Positions 22,996 through 33,046 of a DNA stretch of 64,000 nt are shown here, one piece after another. Numbering within the stretch: position 1 is the first letter of the stretch; the number at the start of each line of letters is the position of its first letter. Both the position numbers and the translations under genes were made by a program. The stretch is from NCBI GenBank assembly GCA_049322915.1, contig JBMOPW010000004.1, positions 99,343 to 163,342 on the forward strand. Reading direction: 5' to 3'. Below the pieces are notes generated by a model. The model was given only the letters and a program-made list of their open reading frames with translations, made no database searches and was not told the DNA's origin. Source of the DNA: Candidatus Zhuqueibacterota bacterium. GTDB lineage: Bacteria > Zhuqueibacterota > Zhuqueibacteria > Thermofontimicrobiales > Thermofontimicrobiaceae.

Positions 22996-23112
22996 AACAC
23001 AAAGTCCGCGAAGAGAGCGCAAAGTTCACTCAGAATTGTTGTTTAAAAATTTCAGTTTTCCTTAAACGATTTTTCTTTGTGCACTTCATGCAAACGTAGA
23101 GCACTTTGTGTT
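22996..23112. repeat. MITE/REP-like element with 10-bp terminal inverted repeats
   Basis: AACACAAAGT / ACTTTGTGTT, with internal CAAAG-type iterations. Confidence 0.5.
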
Positions 23113-23132
23113 CAATCATTCCGTTGCAAAAG

Positions 23133-24161
23133 TTAGACATCAGTTTCACAGCCAATCCGCTTATAGATATTTTCCAGTTCACGCTCCGCTTCCTGCACGA
23201 TTTCATCGAGCATTTCTTTCATCGGCTGAATTTTATCGACGAGACCGACACTCTGTCCGGCCATTAATGAGCCGAAATCGACGTCGCCCTTTTGGACAGC
23301 GTTGCGAAGCGCGCCCACCCAATAATTTTCCACAGTGTACTGGGCGTCTTTCTTGGTAATTTCGCCGGCGCGATGTTTTTGAATGAGTTCCATCTGCAGA
23401 TCAGCAAAATCGCTCATGCCTTTGTTTCGGATGGCGCGAACAGCCACGACGTTCAGTTCAGAACCAACCGCCGGCGTGGCAATGGCGTCGCGCGCTTTGG
23501 CTTTGATGAACGCTTCCTTGAATTTGGGGTGCACGTTGCATTCTTCAGTCATCACAAACCGCGTGCCCATTTGAATGCCGGCGGCGCCCATGAGCAGAAG
23601 ATGCGCCATCAATCGCCCGGTGGCAATTCCCCCTGCGACAAAAATCGGGATGTTATCGACCGCAAAGAGAACCTGCTGCAGCAGAATTATCAGCGACACA
23701 TGGCCGATATGCCCGCCGGCTTCGCTGCCCTCCAGCATCAGCGCATCCACGCCGGAGTCGATCATGCGGCTGGCAATGGATTCATTGGAAGCGAACGCCA
23801 TCACTCTGGCGCCGCTCTCTTTGGCGATTTTTATTTCTGAGCCGCGCGGAAAACTGCCGGCAAAAATAATGAACGGCACCTGCTTCTCTGCTGCAATGCG
23901 GAGATGCTCCCTGTAGTTGGGGGCAATGGTGATCAGGTTCACTGCGAACGGCTTGTCCGTCAATTCCCTGATCCTGTCGATTTCGCCGGAAAACATGTCC
24001 GGCGGTAAATTCCCGCCGGCTATACAGCCGAACGCGCCGTGATTGCATACGGTGGCGACTAATTTATGATCGGAAATCCAGGTCATGGCCCCGGCCATGA
24101 TGGGATATTCCACACCTAAAAATTCTTTTCCTCGTGTCCATAATTTCGAAAGACGATTCAT
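23133..24161 (-). CDS. FabK-like enoyl-ACP reductase / nitronate monooxygenase family flavoprotein
   Basis: YPIMAGAM, EGSEAGGHIG, AGGIATG, GIQMGTRF, GSLMAGQSVG. Confidence 0.85.
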   Translation of the reverse strand: MNRLSKLWTRGKEFLGVEYPIMAGAMTWISDHKLVATVCNHGAFGCIAGGNLPPDMFSGEIDRIRELTDKPFAVNLITIAPNYREHLRIAAEKQVPFIIFAGSFPRGSEIKIAKESGARVMAFASNESIASRMIDSGVDALMLEGSEAGGHIGHVSLIILLQQVLFAVDNIPIFVAGGIATGRLMAHLLLMGAAGIQMGTRFVMTEECNVHPKFKEAFIKAKARDAIATPAVGSELNVVAVRAIRNKGMSDFADLQMELIQKHRAGEITKKDAQYTVENYWVGALRNAVQKGDVDFGSLMAGQSVGLVDKIQPMKEMLDEIVQEAERELENIYKRIGCETDV

Positions 24162-24244
24162 CAAAAACCTCCGGTAAAGTAATAAATAAAAAAGGTTATC
24201 CTGTGTGATTCGCTGGATAACCCGAAGCGGCAAAAAATTGGGAT

Positions 24245-24273
24245 AGTATACAATTTAAATTTGATAATGTCAA
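24245..24273 (-). promoter_or_regulatory. Sigma70 promoter for the FabK-like gene
   Basis: Minus strand TTGACA-N17-TATACT. Confidence 0.7.
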
Positions 24274-24524
24274 GAAAATTTTGGGAGGTCGAATTATAAA
24301 TCCGTGACTGTTCAGGCATTTGTAGTGTGCAAATACCGCCAACCGATCGTTCGCGGTAAGCTTGCTCGGGGACATACGTCCCAGCCATCGCCCGCGCTCG
24401 GCCTGTGCATCCAATGCGACTTTCGATTTCATCCAGGTGGTATAGATATCGTTCCTGTCAAAAGAGGCGGAATCAAAAATGATAAGAAAAATTAAATCGC
24501 ACCGATAATATTTTCTTCACGTCT

Positions 24525-25280
24525 TCAGCCAATCAATTTTAACACGGCCCGGATGAATGTCAGGGGATGCGGCGGGCAGCCGGGAATGTATAAATCAACA
24601 TGAAAATGATTGAGAAAGTCGCGGTTCAATTCGGGAGATTCAGAAAAAATACCGGCGCTGATGGCGCAGGCGCCAACGGCGATCACGATGCGTGGTTCAT
24701 TCACGCTATGATAGGCATCTATTAAAGCCGGCGCCATGTTTTTTGTTATCGGACCTGTGATAACGATTCCGTCGGAATGACGGGGTGACGCTACAAAATT
24801 AATTCCAAATCGTCTCATATCAAAGTTCACATTTCCGGCAGCAGTCAGTTCCATTTCACAGCCGTTGCATCCGCCGGCCGATACCTGACGGAGTTTAAGG
24901 GAACGACCGAATAATCTCTTGATTTCTTCATGAGTCGTAATTGCTGCTTCTTCATAAAATTCAGCCGTCATACCAGAGACGATTGATAAAGCATCACGGT
25001 TCGCGGCGCCCAACAAATGATTGTGAGTGAATTGAATGGCGTTAGCAGAACATACCCGTTGGCATTCACCGCAGAAAATGCATTTGCCCAGATCAAGTTG
25101 CAAGGGATGCAATGTAATCGCCCCGGTGGGACAGGCCTCCACACATACCTGACAATTTTTCTGACATTTTCGCTCATTAAGCAATGGGAATCCCCGAAAA
25201 ATTTCCGGCAATTGGGCTTGCCGTATATCAGGGATGGCTTGATACCCGTGTTGTTTTCTCAATTTGAGTAATTCGAACAT
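24525..25280 (-). CDS. Ehr small subunit (HycG/HyfI/NuoB-like) fused to a 2[4Fe-4S] ferredoxin
   Basis: Two CxxCxxxC clusters, then GGCNGCE, SPRHSD, GAC and PGCPP. Confidence 0.88.
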   Translation of the reverse strand: MFELLKLRKQHGYQAIPDIRQAQLPEIFRGFPLLNERKCQKNCQVCVEACPTGAITLHPLQLDLGKCIFCGECQRVCSANAIQFTHNHLLGAANRDALSIVSGMTAEFYEEAAITTHEEIKRLFGRSLKLRQVSAGGCNGCEMELTAAGNVNFDMRRFGINFVASPRHSDGIVITGPITKNMAPALIDAYHSVNEPRIVIAVGACAISAGIFSESPELNRDFLNHFHVDLYIPGCPPHPLTFIRAVLKLIG

Positions 25281-25292
25281 GACGCATTCCTT

Positions 25293-26780
25293 TTAAAGAT
25301 CGAAACCGCAGTAAGAAAGATTGTAACTTTTGTTGCACAATGGGAAATCGGATATGCCTTCGTTTCGCACAGCCAGGGTCAGGGCAAACCAATTATGAAA
25401 CGACGGGTCTTTAATTTTGTAACGGGATATTTGTCCATTGCAATCTGTAATAACCACATGAGCAATTTCACCTCTCCAGCCTTCGGACATCGAGACGACG
25501 AAATGTTCCGGTTTAATTTCCCCAATTGGCTGATTGATTTTCCCTCCATTTAAATTTGCCAGTTGTTCCTGAATAATACTGAGTGACTGCATAATTTCCA
25601 TGTACCGGATATACGCTCTGGCAAACACATCTCCGGTGCGCAAGGAGTAGGCATAGACCGGGAAATAGGCATAGGCCCCACAAGGGAAATCTGCTCTGAC
25701 ATCGATGGGAATCCCACTTGCCCGCGCCGCAGGCCCAACCATGCCAATATCTCTGGCGGTTTCTTTGGTGACAACGCCGGTTTTTTCAAAACGGGAAAGG
25801 ACAGATGAGGAAGAAAATAACACTTCAGCAGCCAGTTCTGTTTTTTCTTTTAACTCATCGATGATCGCAGTAATTTTTTCCCGTAATTCAGTGGAAATAT
25901 CATAATAAACGCCCCCGGGAGTCAAAAGTCCCCGGCCAAAACGGCTGCCGCACAATGCCAGAGAAGTGTTGCAGGCTGTTGTGCGCAGGGCGCTGAACAC
26001 CGCATTCCCGGTGAGATAGGCAATATCGCCGGCAAGCGCAGAAAGATCGCCCAGATGCACTGCCACTCTTTCCAATTCGAGGGCGATGGCGCGAATCAAC
26101 TCAGCGCGATGGGAAATTTTTGTTCCGCTCAACGACTCAACTGCAGCAGCAAAAGCGCCGGCATGTCCAATGATGGTATCTCCGGCAATCGATTCGGCTA
26201 ATTTTAATAGAAAGGTAAAGTTATTTCTCTTCTTTACAAAAAGCTGTTCAACGCCACGATGCTGGAATCCCAATTGAATTTCCAGATGATGAACAGTCTC
26301 GCCGGTGCAGGAAAATCGGAAATGGCCGGGTTCAATGACGCCGGCATGGATGGGACCAACGCCTACTTCATGGACTTCTTCGCCTTCCATGCGAAAAAAT
26401 GAGTATTGCGTTTCATTATGGTCAATGCCGGCGATGCCGCGCCTCAGCGGTTTAAGCCAGGGATGTCCTTCGGGTTTGACGCCAAATTGCTCGAATATTT
26501 CCCGCTCAAATATATGCAAGGAAGGAGCTTTCGGCGTTAGCGCCGGATATGATTTTTGAGTTCCCACAACAGCGCCGGCCAGATTCAACAGGGAATGTAA
26601 ATCATCCGCCAGAATTGCGTACAGGGTGAGTCCTTGTTTGCACTCCGCGCCAAAAAACTGGACCAGTCTTTTGCCGTTCCTGATTTTTGAAATAATCTGC
26701 TCTCCGAGTTCTTCCATCGAAAGACGTGGAATTTGAGCTAACGGAACAGCCTGTAAATTTTTAATCTTGAGCCACTTCAT
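25293..26780 (-). CDS. Ehr large subunit (HycE/HyfG/NuoCD-like) lacking the NiFe-binding cysteines
   Basis: VGPIHAGVIEPGHFRF and HRGVE present; ESIAGD and SDFPLCNKSYNLSY replace the RxCGxC and DPCxxC motifs. Confidence 0.88.
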   Translation of the reverse strand: MKWLKIKNLQAVPLAQIPRLSMEELGEQIISKIRNGKRLVQFFGAECKQGLTLYAILADDLHSLLNLAGAVVGTQKSYPALTPKAPSLHIFEREIFEQFGVKPEGHPWLKPLRRGIAGIDHNETQYSFFRMEGEEVHEVGVGPIHAGVIEPGHFRFSCTGETVHHLEIQLGFQHRGVEQLFVKKRNNFTFLLKLAESIAGDTIIGHAGAFAAAVESLSGTKISHRAELIRAIALELERVAVHLGDLSALAGDIAYLTGNAVFSALRTTACNTSLALCGSRFGRGLLTPGGVYYDISTELREKITAIIDELKEKTELAAEVLFSSSSVLSRFEKTGVVTKETARDIGMVGPAARASGIPIDVRADFPCGAYAYFPVYAYSLRTGDVFARAYIRYMEIMQSLSIIQEQLANLNGGKINQPIGEIKPEHFVVSMSEGWRGEIAHVVITDCNGQISRYKIKDPSFHNWFALTLAVRNEGISDFPLCNKSYNLSYCGFDL

Positions 26781-26795
26781 ATTTATATAATTTCC

Positions 26796-28229
26796 TTAAT
26801 GCAAAAATTGTGCAGCCTGGTGCAGCAAATCTAAAACTTTTTCAGGGATATTTACGCCAATGCCCAGCAGCATAAATAATAAAGCCAATTGCGCCAGATA
26901 AGCAAAGACGGAGAGACGACTTGTCGCTTGTATTGAATCTGCTTCATTGAAACACATTTGGAAAACAACCCGAAGCATTCCAAAAATTACAAAAATGATG
27001 AGCAGAAAAAATGGAATAGCGAGCCAGCCCTGGCCATTTTCAAAAAAAGCGGTGATGATGAGAAATTTACTTAGAAATATCGGGAAAGGCGGCACGCCTG
27101 CAATCGCCAGAATCGATAATAGCCAGAGCCAGCCGGTTAGCGGTTCACGATTCAGAATGCCGCGAATGTCTTTGATCATTTTGCTGCCATATAAGCTCAG
27201 GATATTTCCAGATGTTAAAAACAGTGCTGATTTGGAAAAAGAATGCGCGGCAGTATGAAGCATGGCAGCGAAGATGCCGGTCCTGCCCATCGACAGCCCG
27301 ATAAACAGGATCCCCATGTTTTCGATAGAAGAATATGCCAGCATTCTCTTGTAATTTTTTATGCCCAGCATGAATACGGCGCTGATAAAGAGCGACAAGA
27401 ATCCGATGAGTAAAATCAGGTTATTTGAAAAGGAACTTAAATTTGCCTGAATCATAATTTCCTGAACTCTGACCAACCCGAGAAATGCCGTGTTCAGCAG
27501 GGTTCCGGAAAGCAATGCTGAAACAGGCGAAGGCGCTTCGGAATGAGCGTCCGGCAGCCAGGCGTGAATGGGTGCAACACCGATTTTGGTGCCGAACCCT
27601 ACCAGAATGAAAGCGAAGGCCATTTTAAGCCAGAAGGGATTTATTTGCAATGCATTGGCATATAAATCAGGGAAAAATAAGGTTCCTATGGTTGTCGATC
27701 CCATGGATAGAATGACAATGCCGACAAAAGCCAGGGCGATTCCCACTGAGCAGATAAAGACATATTTCCAGGTCGCTTCGAGGGATGATTTCTTCTTTTC
27801 AAAGTTAATGAGGACGGCGCTGGTCAAAGTAGTAGCCTCGACAAAAACCCAGAGCAGCGCAAGGTGATTGGAAAGAATCACACCGATCATGGCGACCACA
27901 AATAGCAGCATAGAAGCTGAGTAGTACGCCTGTCTTCTGGCGTCGACTTCATGTTTTTGAAAATAAAATATGCTGTAAATGGTTGATCCGATAAAAACTA
28001 TTGCCATGATGAGTAAAAAATACAAGCCGATCATGTCCAGTCGAAAATATTTTCCCAGCCACCAGGGCAATTCATAGGATAAAAAGCCCAGCCAGGCGCC
28101 AACGCTGAAAATTAAAATGAGCGCTGCGCTCATCAACAAGGCGGAAAGGCTGATCATTCGATGATGCTTTATCAGCGCCAAAACAGCCAGTATTAGCGGT
28201 ATGATGAAAATCAGACCAAACATAATCAA
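26796..28229 (-). CDS. hyfF: HyfF-like antiporter membrane subunit
   Basis: WVFVEATT, LEATWKY, GFGTK, HAWLPDAHSEAP, KRMLAYSSIEN. Confidence 0.88.
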   Translation of the reverse strand: MIMFGLIFIIPLILAVLALIKHHRMISLSALLMSAALILIFSVGAWLGFLSYELPWWLGKYFRLDMIGLYFLLIMAIVFIGSTIYSIFYFQKHEVDARRQAYYSASMLLFVVAMIGVILSNHLALLWVFVEATTLTSAVLINFEKKKSSLEATWKYVFICSVGIALAFVGIVILSMGSTTIGTLFFPDLYANALQINPFWLKMAFAFILVGFGTKIGVAPIHAWLPDAHSEAPSPVSALLSGTLLNTAFLGLVRVQEIMIQANLSSFSNNLILLIGFLSLFISAVFMLGIKNYKRMLAYSSIENMGILFIGLSMGRTGIFAAMLHTAAHSFSKSALFLTSGNILSLYGSKMIKDIRGILNREPLTGWLWLLSILAIAGVPPFPIFLSKFLIITAFFENGQGWLAIPFFLLIIFVIFGMLRVVFQMCFNEADSIQATSRLSVFAYLAQLALLFMLLGIGVNIPEKVLDLLHQAAQFLH

Positions 28230-28864
28230 TCCTTCAATTGTGTCAAGACCTCGATTTGGTTGCCGTCGTACATGGCCTGGATTTTATTGAAGAAAATGAC
28301 CAGTAAGAAAACACCGACAAACAAATCCAGCAGCACGCCAAGATTCACCAGCATGGGCATTTCATTGGCAATCGAGAGTGATAGAAGAAAAATGCCATTT
28401 TCCATCATCATGAAACACAAGATATGTGTGATAATTCGTTTACGGGTTACAATGAGAAACAGGCTGGCGATGATCATGGAAATGGACACGCCAAAATAGA
28501 GCGGCTTCACATCTGCCTGCACTCGAGCAGCCCAAAACGCTGTGACAAATGAGAAGATGAAAATGGCGCTGGCAATAATCAGGGAGTAAAATTGGGAAAT
28601 ATAAGGTTCAACTTCCCGGCCGATTTCATTTTTTCGAATTGTTCGAAGTAAAAACCAGGGAATAACAATGGCCTTTATGATCAGTGTTTCCAGTATCAAA
28701 AAGGCAATATTGATCCAGATGATCTCATGAATATCGATGATCACTAACAGAAACAGGATGAGTCCCTGAAAAGCAAGCATTTTAATGAATGCTTCGATGC
28801 GGCTGGCAGCGAACACGTAAAGCATCATGGTTCCGAATAATATGATAAGGACGTCGGACATCAA
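28226..28864 (-). CDS. hyfE: HyfE-like membrane subunit
   Basis: Hydrophobic; IKAIVIP and ENGIFL motifs; position in the operon. Confidence 0.8.
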   Translation of the reverse strand: MMSDVLIILFGTMMLYVFAASRIEAFIKMLAFQGLILFLLVIIDIHEIIWINIAFLILETLIIKAIVIPWFLLRTIRKNEIGREVEPYISQFYSLIIASAIFIFSFVTAFWAARVQADVKPLYFGVSISMIIASLFLIVTRKRIITHILCFMMMENGIFLLSLSIANEMPMLVNLGVLLDLFVGVFLLVIFFNKIQAMYDGNQIEVLTQLKD

Positions 28865-29778
28865 ATTCCTCCATATCTGAAAAACAATACGATGGCAAAT
28901 GCGGTCAATGCCAGAGCGGTCATAAGGAAAATGAATTGCGGCACATGTGACATGCGCAGGCGCGCCATTAACGACTCAACCGAGGCGATGGCCAGCGCCA
29001 TGATCATAAAAAGCGCCAGATAGAATATCGTCCCCGGCAGCAAGCCGAATCCCGGTGGGACTAACAGGTTTGCCAGCAAGGTCATTATTAACACCATTTT
29101 TAACGAAACAGCATACTGCATGAAAGCAAGGTCAGGACCGGAATAATCCAGAATCATGACTTCGTGGATCATGGTCAATTCGAGATGTGTATTGGGATCA
29201 TCCACCGGCAGCCGGCTGCCTTCCACTAAGATCATGATGAACAGAGCGATGGCGCCCAGGGACTTGACCAGAACCGAAAAGCCTGCGCTGTAATTGAGGC
29301 TGGCAAAAATGGTATCAAAGGAATCCTGACCGGTTACCATTGCCAGAGTGCCCAATAAAACGAAAAATGCCGGTTCGACAACACTGGCAAAGGTGACCTC
29401 GCGTGCAGCGCCCATGCCTTCGAAGCTGCTGCCGGTATCCATCGCCGCGGCAACTAACAGGAAACGGGCGAAACCCAATGAATACGCGAATAGCACAAAA
29501 TCGGCAGGGAAACTTAAAATAGCTTTTTGCTGAGGCAGAGGAATTGTAAGCGCCGCAAATATGATGGCGGCAATATTGACAGCCGGCGCCAGTCGGAACA
29601 CAAAGGATGTCGTTTTACTGATGACTTCACCTTTGCGCAGTAGTTTGAAAAAATCATAAAATGGCTGCCAAATAGGGGCTCCTACATGTCCTGCCCAAAT
29701 CGCTTTGGTTTTATTTATAATGCCAATGAGCAAAAAAGGCGCTATCGAAAAAAGAAAAATGGCAAAGCAGATTTTCAT
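28861..29778 (-). CDS. hyfC: HyfC/HycD (NuoH-like) membrane subunit
   Basis: QPFYDFFKLLRK, DTGSSFEGMGAARE, RLPVDDPNTHLELTMIHE. Confidence 0.88.
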   Translation of the reverse strand: MKICFAIFLFSIAPFLLIGIINKTKAIWAGHVGAPIWQPFYDFFKLLRKGEVISKTTSFVFRLAPAVNIAAIIFAALTIPLPQQKAILSFPADFVLFAYSLGFARFLLVAAAMDTGSSFEGMGAAREVTFASVVEPAFFVLLGTLAMVTGQDSFDTIFASLNYSAGFSVLVKSLGAIALFIMILVEGSRLPVDDPNTHLELTMIHEVMILDYSGPDLAFMQYAVSLKMVLIMTLLANLLVPPGFGLLPGTIFYLALFMIMALAIASVESLMARLRMSHVPQFIFLMTALALTAFAIVLFFRYGGI

Positions 29779-31757
29779 TACCGGACTCCGATAATCCAAA
29801 CAATTATTATGATGAGAAAAATGAGACCGTACAAAATGTACTGTTGCGTGCGGCCGCTTTGTACCCAGGAAAATAGCATTAAAAACTTTTTCAGGGAGCC
29901 TAACAGCGGACGAATGAGCCAGCGTTCCAGTGCATCATCGCTGTGGCTTTCGTAGTGCGCTGATAGGGGGAATAATTCCTGCGGACGGGAAAGATGCTTT
30001 TTTAATTGCACGATTTCGCTCACTAAATCTAAAAATGAAGAGGCAAACGAACTGGCGGTATATTGCAATCGGCTGCTCTCGGCCTGATACCCGCAATCCC
30101 AGGTTTTAAAAATCGTAACTGTCTTGCCGCGCAATGCTAACCAGCGCATGGCTACAAAGAATAAAATTAATCCGGCAAAAATCCAGAGCGCCTTACTTAA
30201 TTTTAAGTAAATAGAGGAGATAATTGCCAGTGAATGTGCATCCGGTACAAACAGGTGAATCGTATGATTCAACAGAGGCAGAACGATCGGAGCGCCGAGT
30301 CCTGTGAGCAGAATTAATCCAGCCAATGCGAACATGGGTATCAGAAATAATGCGGAAGCCTCGGTCGGTTCAGGATTCCATTGTGATCGGGATGATCCCT
30401 GAAAGACAATGCCAAATACTTTGGTGAAGCAAATCATCGCCATGACTCCGATAAATGACAGACCGATCATGCCAAAAAGCATCACAAGATTAATCATTAA
30501 ATTGTCGACCGCCATGCCATTGACCATTCCTGAATACAGGGCAAATTCGCTGATGAATCCATTGAGTAATGGCAGTCCGGTGATAGCAAGTGAGCCAAGC
30601 AGGAAGAGGCCGGCGGTGTAAGGCATGGAGTGAACCAGTCCGCCTAATTTTTCTATATCGCGGGTATGTGTTTTGACGTAAACGACCCCTGCGCCATAAA
30701 ACAGCAGACTCTTAAATGTAAAATGATTAAATACATGCAGGATGGCGCCAAGATAACCCAGGGCAGCGATGACCGGATTTCCGGTAACCATGCCTATCAT
30801 TCCCAGTCCGATGCCAATGCCGATGATGCCGATATTTTCAATGCTATGAAAAGCTAACAATCTTTTCAAGTCATGCTGAGCGATGGCGTTCATCACTCCC
30901 AGGATGCCGGCTGACAATCCAATGCCGAACACCGTGTAGGCCAGCCAGGGCGCCGGAATGCCAATCAGCAGCAAAAGTCGTAAGATGCCATAGATACCGG
31001 TTTTAATCATAATCCCGGACATCATAGCGGATACGCCGCTGGGCGCTGCGGGATGGGCTAACGGCAGCCAGGAATGCATGGGTATAAAACCCGCTTTGGT
31101 GCCAAAACCGATAAACAGCAATAGAAAAATAATGGATGCAGCAGTTTTATCGAATTGAGCCAATTGACCAAACGCTGAAAAGTCCATGGTCCCGACTCGC
31201 AAGGCAGCCCAGCTAAAACCGATAATTAAGAAAGCAACGCCAACCTGCATGGCGATGAAATAATAAATAGCTGCCCGATGGACTTCTTCCTTGCCATTTT
31301 CAAAACTGACCAGAAAGAAGGAGGCTAACGACATGATTTCCCAGACAATTAAAAAAAGCAGGACATTCTGCACGACGACCACAAACATCATGGCTGTCAC
31401 CAATAGTCCCATAAAAAAATAATAGCTGCTAAGGGAATACCTGGAATTTTCCTGATACATCTTCATGTAGCCGATGGAGTAAACAGCCGCCAGCATGCCG
31501 CCAAATGAGATAATCAATAGGAAGAATGCGGACAATCCGTCTACTACAATCGAAGCATCGCCGATTGGCCCGGAAAAATGCCAGCGCATCGATTGCGTCT
31601 GGCCGCTCGTTAAAACTGAAAAAGCAATGGGGAGAATAAAAAACTGAGCAACGCTGATGCCTGTCAGGAAAAACCAGCCTTTGCTGCGCTGAGTAACAAA
31701 AATGGCGCCCACTCCGCCCAATACGATTAATGATATTCCAATTAATAAACGAATCAT
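29778..31757 (-). CDS. hyfB: HyfB/HycC-like antiporter membrane subunit
   Basis: WEIMSLAS, GFGTKAG, HSWLPLAHPAAPS, KRLLAFHSIENIG, TWDCGY. Confidence 0.88.
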   Translation of the reverse strand: MIRLLIGISLIVLGGVGAIFVTQRSKGWFFLTGISVAQFFILPIAFSVLTSGQTQSMRWHFSGPIGDASIVVDGLSAFFLLIISFGGMLAAVYSIGYMKMYQENSRYSLSSYYFFMGLLVTAMMFVVVVQNVLLFLIVWEIMSLASFFLVSFENGKEEVHRAAIYYFIAMQVGVAFLIIGFSWAALRVGTMDFSAFGQLAQFDKTAASIIFLLLFIGFGTKAGFIPMHSWLPLAHPAAPSGVSAMMSGIMIKTGIYGILRLLLLIGIPAPWLAYTVFGIGLSAGILGVMNAIAQHDLKRLLAFHSIENIGIIGIGIGLGMIGMVTGNPVIAALGYLGAILHVFNHFTFKSLLFYGAGVVYVKTHTRDIEKLGGLVHSMPYTAGLFLLGSLAITGLPLLNGFISEFALYSGMVNGMAVDNLMINLVMLFGMIGLSFIGVMAMICFTKVFGIVFQGSSRSQWNPEPTEASALFLIPMFALAGLILLTGLGAPIVLPLLNHTIHLFVPDAHSLAIISSIYLKLSKALWIFAGLILFFVAMRWLALRGKTVTIFKTWDCGYQAESSRLQYTASSFASSFLDLVSEIVQLKKHLSRPQELFPLSAHYESHSDDALERWLIRPLLGSLKKFLMLFSWVQSGRTQQYILYGLIFLIIIIVWIIGVR

Positions 31758-31773
31758 GAATTCACCGTTCTTG

Positions 31774-32442
31774 CTATTGCCACTGAAGTTCTTTTTCTCT
31801 GACAAAATCAAGGAGTTCCATCTTGGGTACGCGACGAATCAACATCTCGCGGAATTCCTCCAACTGACACATATAGGATATTTCTGCCAATACTTCCAGA
31901 TGACGACGGGGACTATTGGTGAGCAGAACCAATAAAGTATGCACCGGCTTTCCATCCAGCGCGCCAAAGTCGACTGGTTCCTGCAAAAAACAGATTGATA
32001 TGCTGGCGTCCTCGACAGCGGCAATAATGGGATTCCTCGGATGAGGAATGGCTATCCCATGACCAATCGCGGTGGTCATTAATTTTTCTCGATTCAATAA
32101 TGCATTTAAAATTTCCTCCGAGCCGATTGCCTCAGGGTCTGGAATTCTTTTGATTGCATTGTGCAGCACCTCAGCAACCGTCTTTCCCTGGATATCGAAA
32201 TGCACGCCGCCTTTGACCAGCAAATCCGTAAAATTGGTCTGGCGCTTTGCCTGTGATAAATCGATCAGATTCGATGACATTTCGATTTTATTACTCAGTA
32301 TCCACTCATTGATTTCTAATTTGTTGAACCGATATTGATGATGAATTCGATAACACGGTATCTTTTTCTCTTTGATCCAACGATAGACCGTCTTTTCCGA
32401 TACCTGTAACAGCTCGACTACATCTTTAATTTTTAAGTCCAT
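31774..32442 (-). CDS. Excisionase-type HTH fused to a PTS EIIA (PtsN-like) domain
   Basis: IKDVVELLQVSEKTVYRW HTH; RE..TTAIGHGIAIPHPR with the phospho-acceptor His. Confidence 0.88.
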   Translation of the reverse strand: MDLKIKDVVELLQVSEKTVYRWIKEKKIPCYRIHHQYRFNKLEINEWILSNKIEMSSNLIDLSQAKRQTNFTDLLVKGGVHFDIQGKTVAEVLHNAIKRIPDPEAIGSEEILNALLNREKLMTTAIGHGIAIPHPRNPIIAAVEDASISICFLQEPVDFGALDGKPVHTLLVLLTNSPRRHLEVLAEISYMCQLEEFREMLIRRVPKMELLDFVREKELQWQ

Positions 32443-32471
32443 AAGATTATCCTCATTTTTTTAAAGCCGCT

Positions 32472-32500
32472 AATATAACAATATATCCTAAAACTAGCAA
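32472..32500 (-). promoter_or_regulatory. Sigma70 promoter for the HTH-EIIA/ehr operon
   Basis: Minus strand TTGCTA-N17-TATATT. Confidence 0.5.
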
Positions 32501-33046
32501 GGAATTCATTTAAAATATTTTAATGTCCACTAATAAGAATGTGCTGAGAATTCAATAGATCAATTATCGGTATCCAACAAAAACTAATTATCATTATGAA
32601 TGGGATTTTGAAGATTTGGCAGGCATGCCGATTGTCTGTTTGAAGAGAAATGCGTGGATTTTTATAAAGTCTGAGCGATGAATGAAATGACAAATCTGAT
32701 ACTGAACAGAATAACAAAACTTATTGTGAGGGGCTACAAATTTTGTGATCGACCACGGGACAATCCGATCGCGCCGGATATGTATCCAGCGCAGTCAACG
32801 GCTGGGACGTCAGGGATAAATATCCCGAACGATCAGTTGGCATCTTCTTGTAAATTCGTGACTTGGCGTCTTTGCGGCAAGAACACATGCCTGAATAGTG
32901 ACTCGTTCCGTAATGTTAGCCATTCATATCGCTCAATGTTCGAGCGCTATGCCTCGACAATTCTTCATTATTTCGCATTATTATTCCTTGACTATTTGAT
33001 GCTTCTGAGTTAAATTAACGCTAATCATTTAAAGATGGAGGGAAAA

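Noticed and set aside
25293..26780. Functional [NiFe] group 4 hydrogenase
   Set aside because: Both Ni-binding CxxC motifs are absent.
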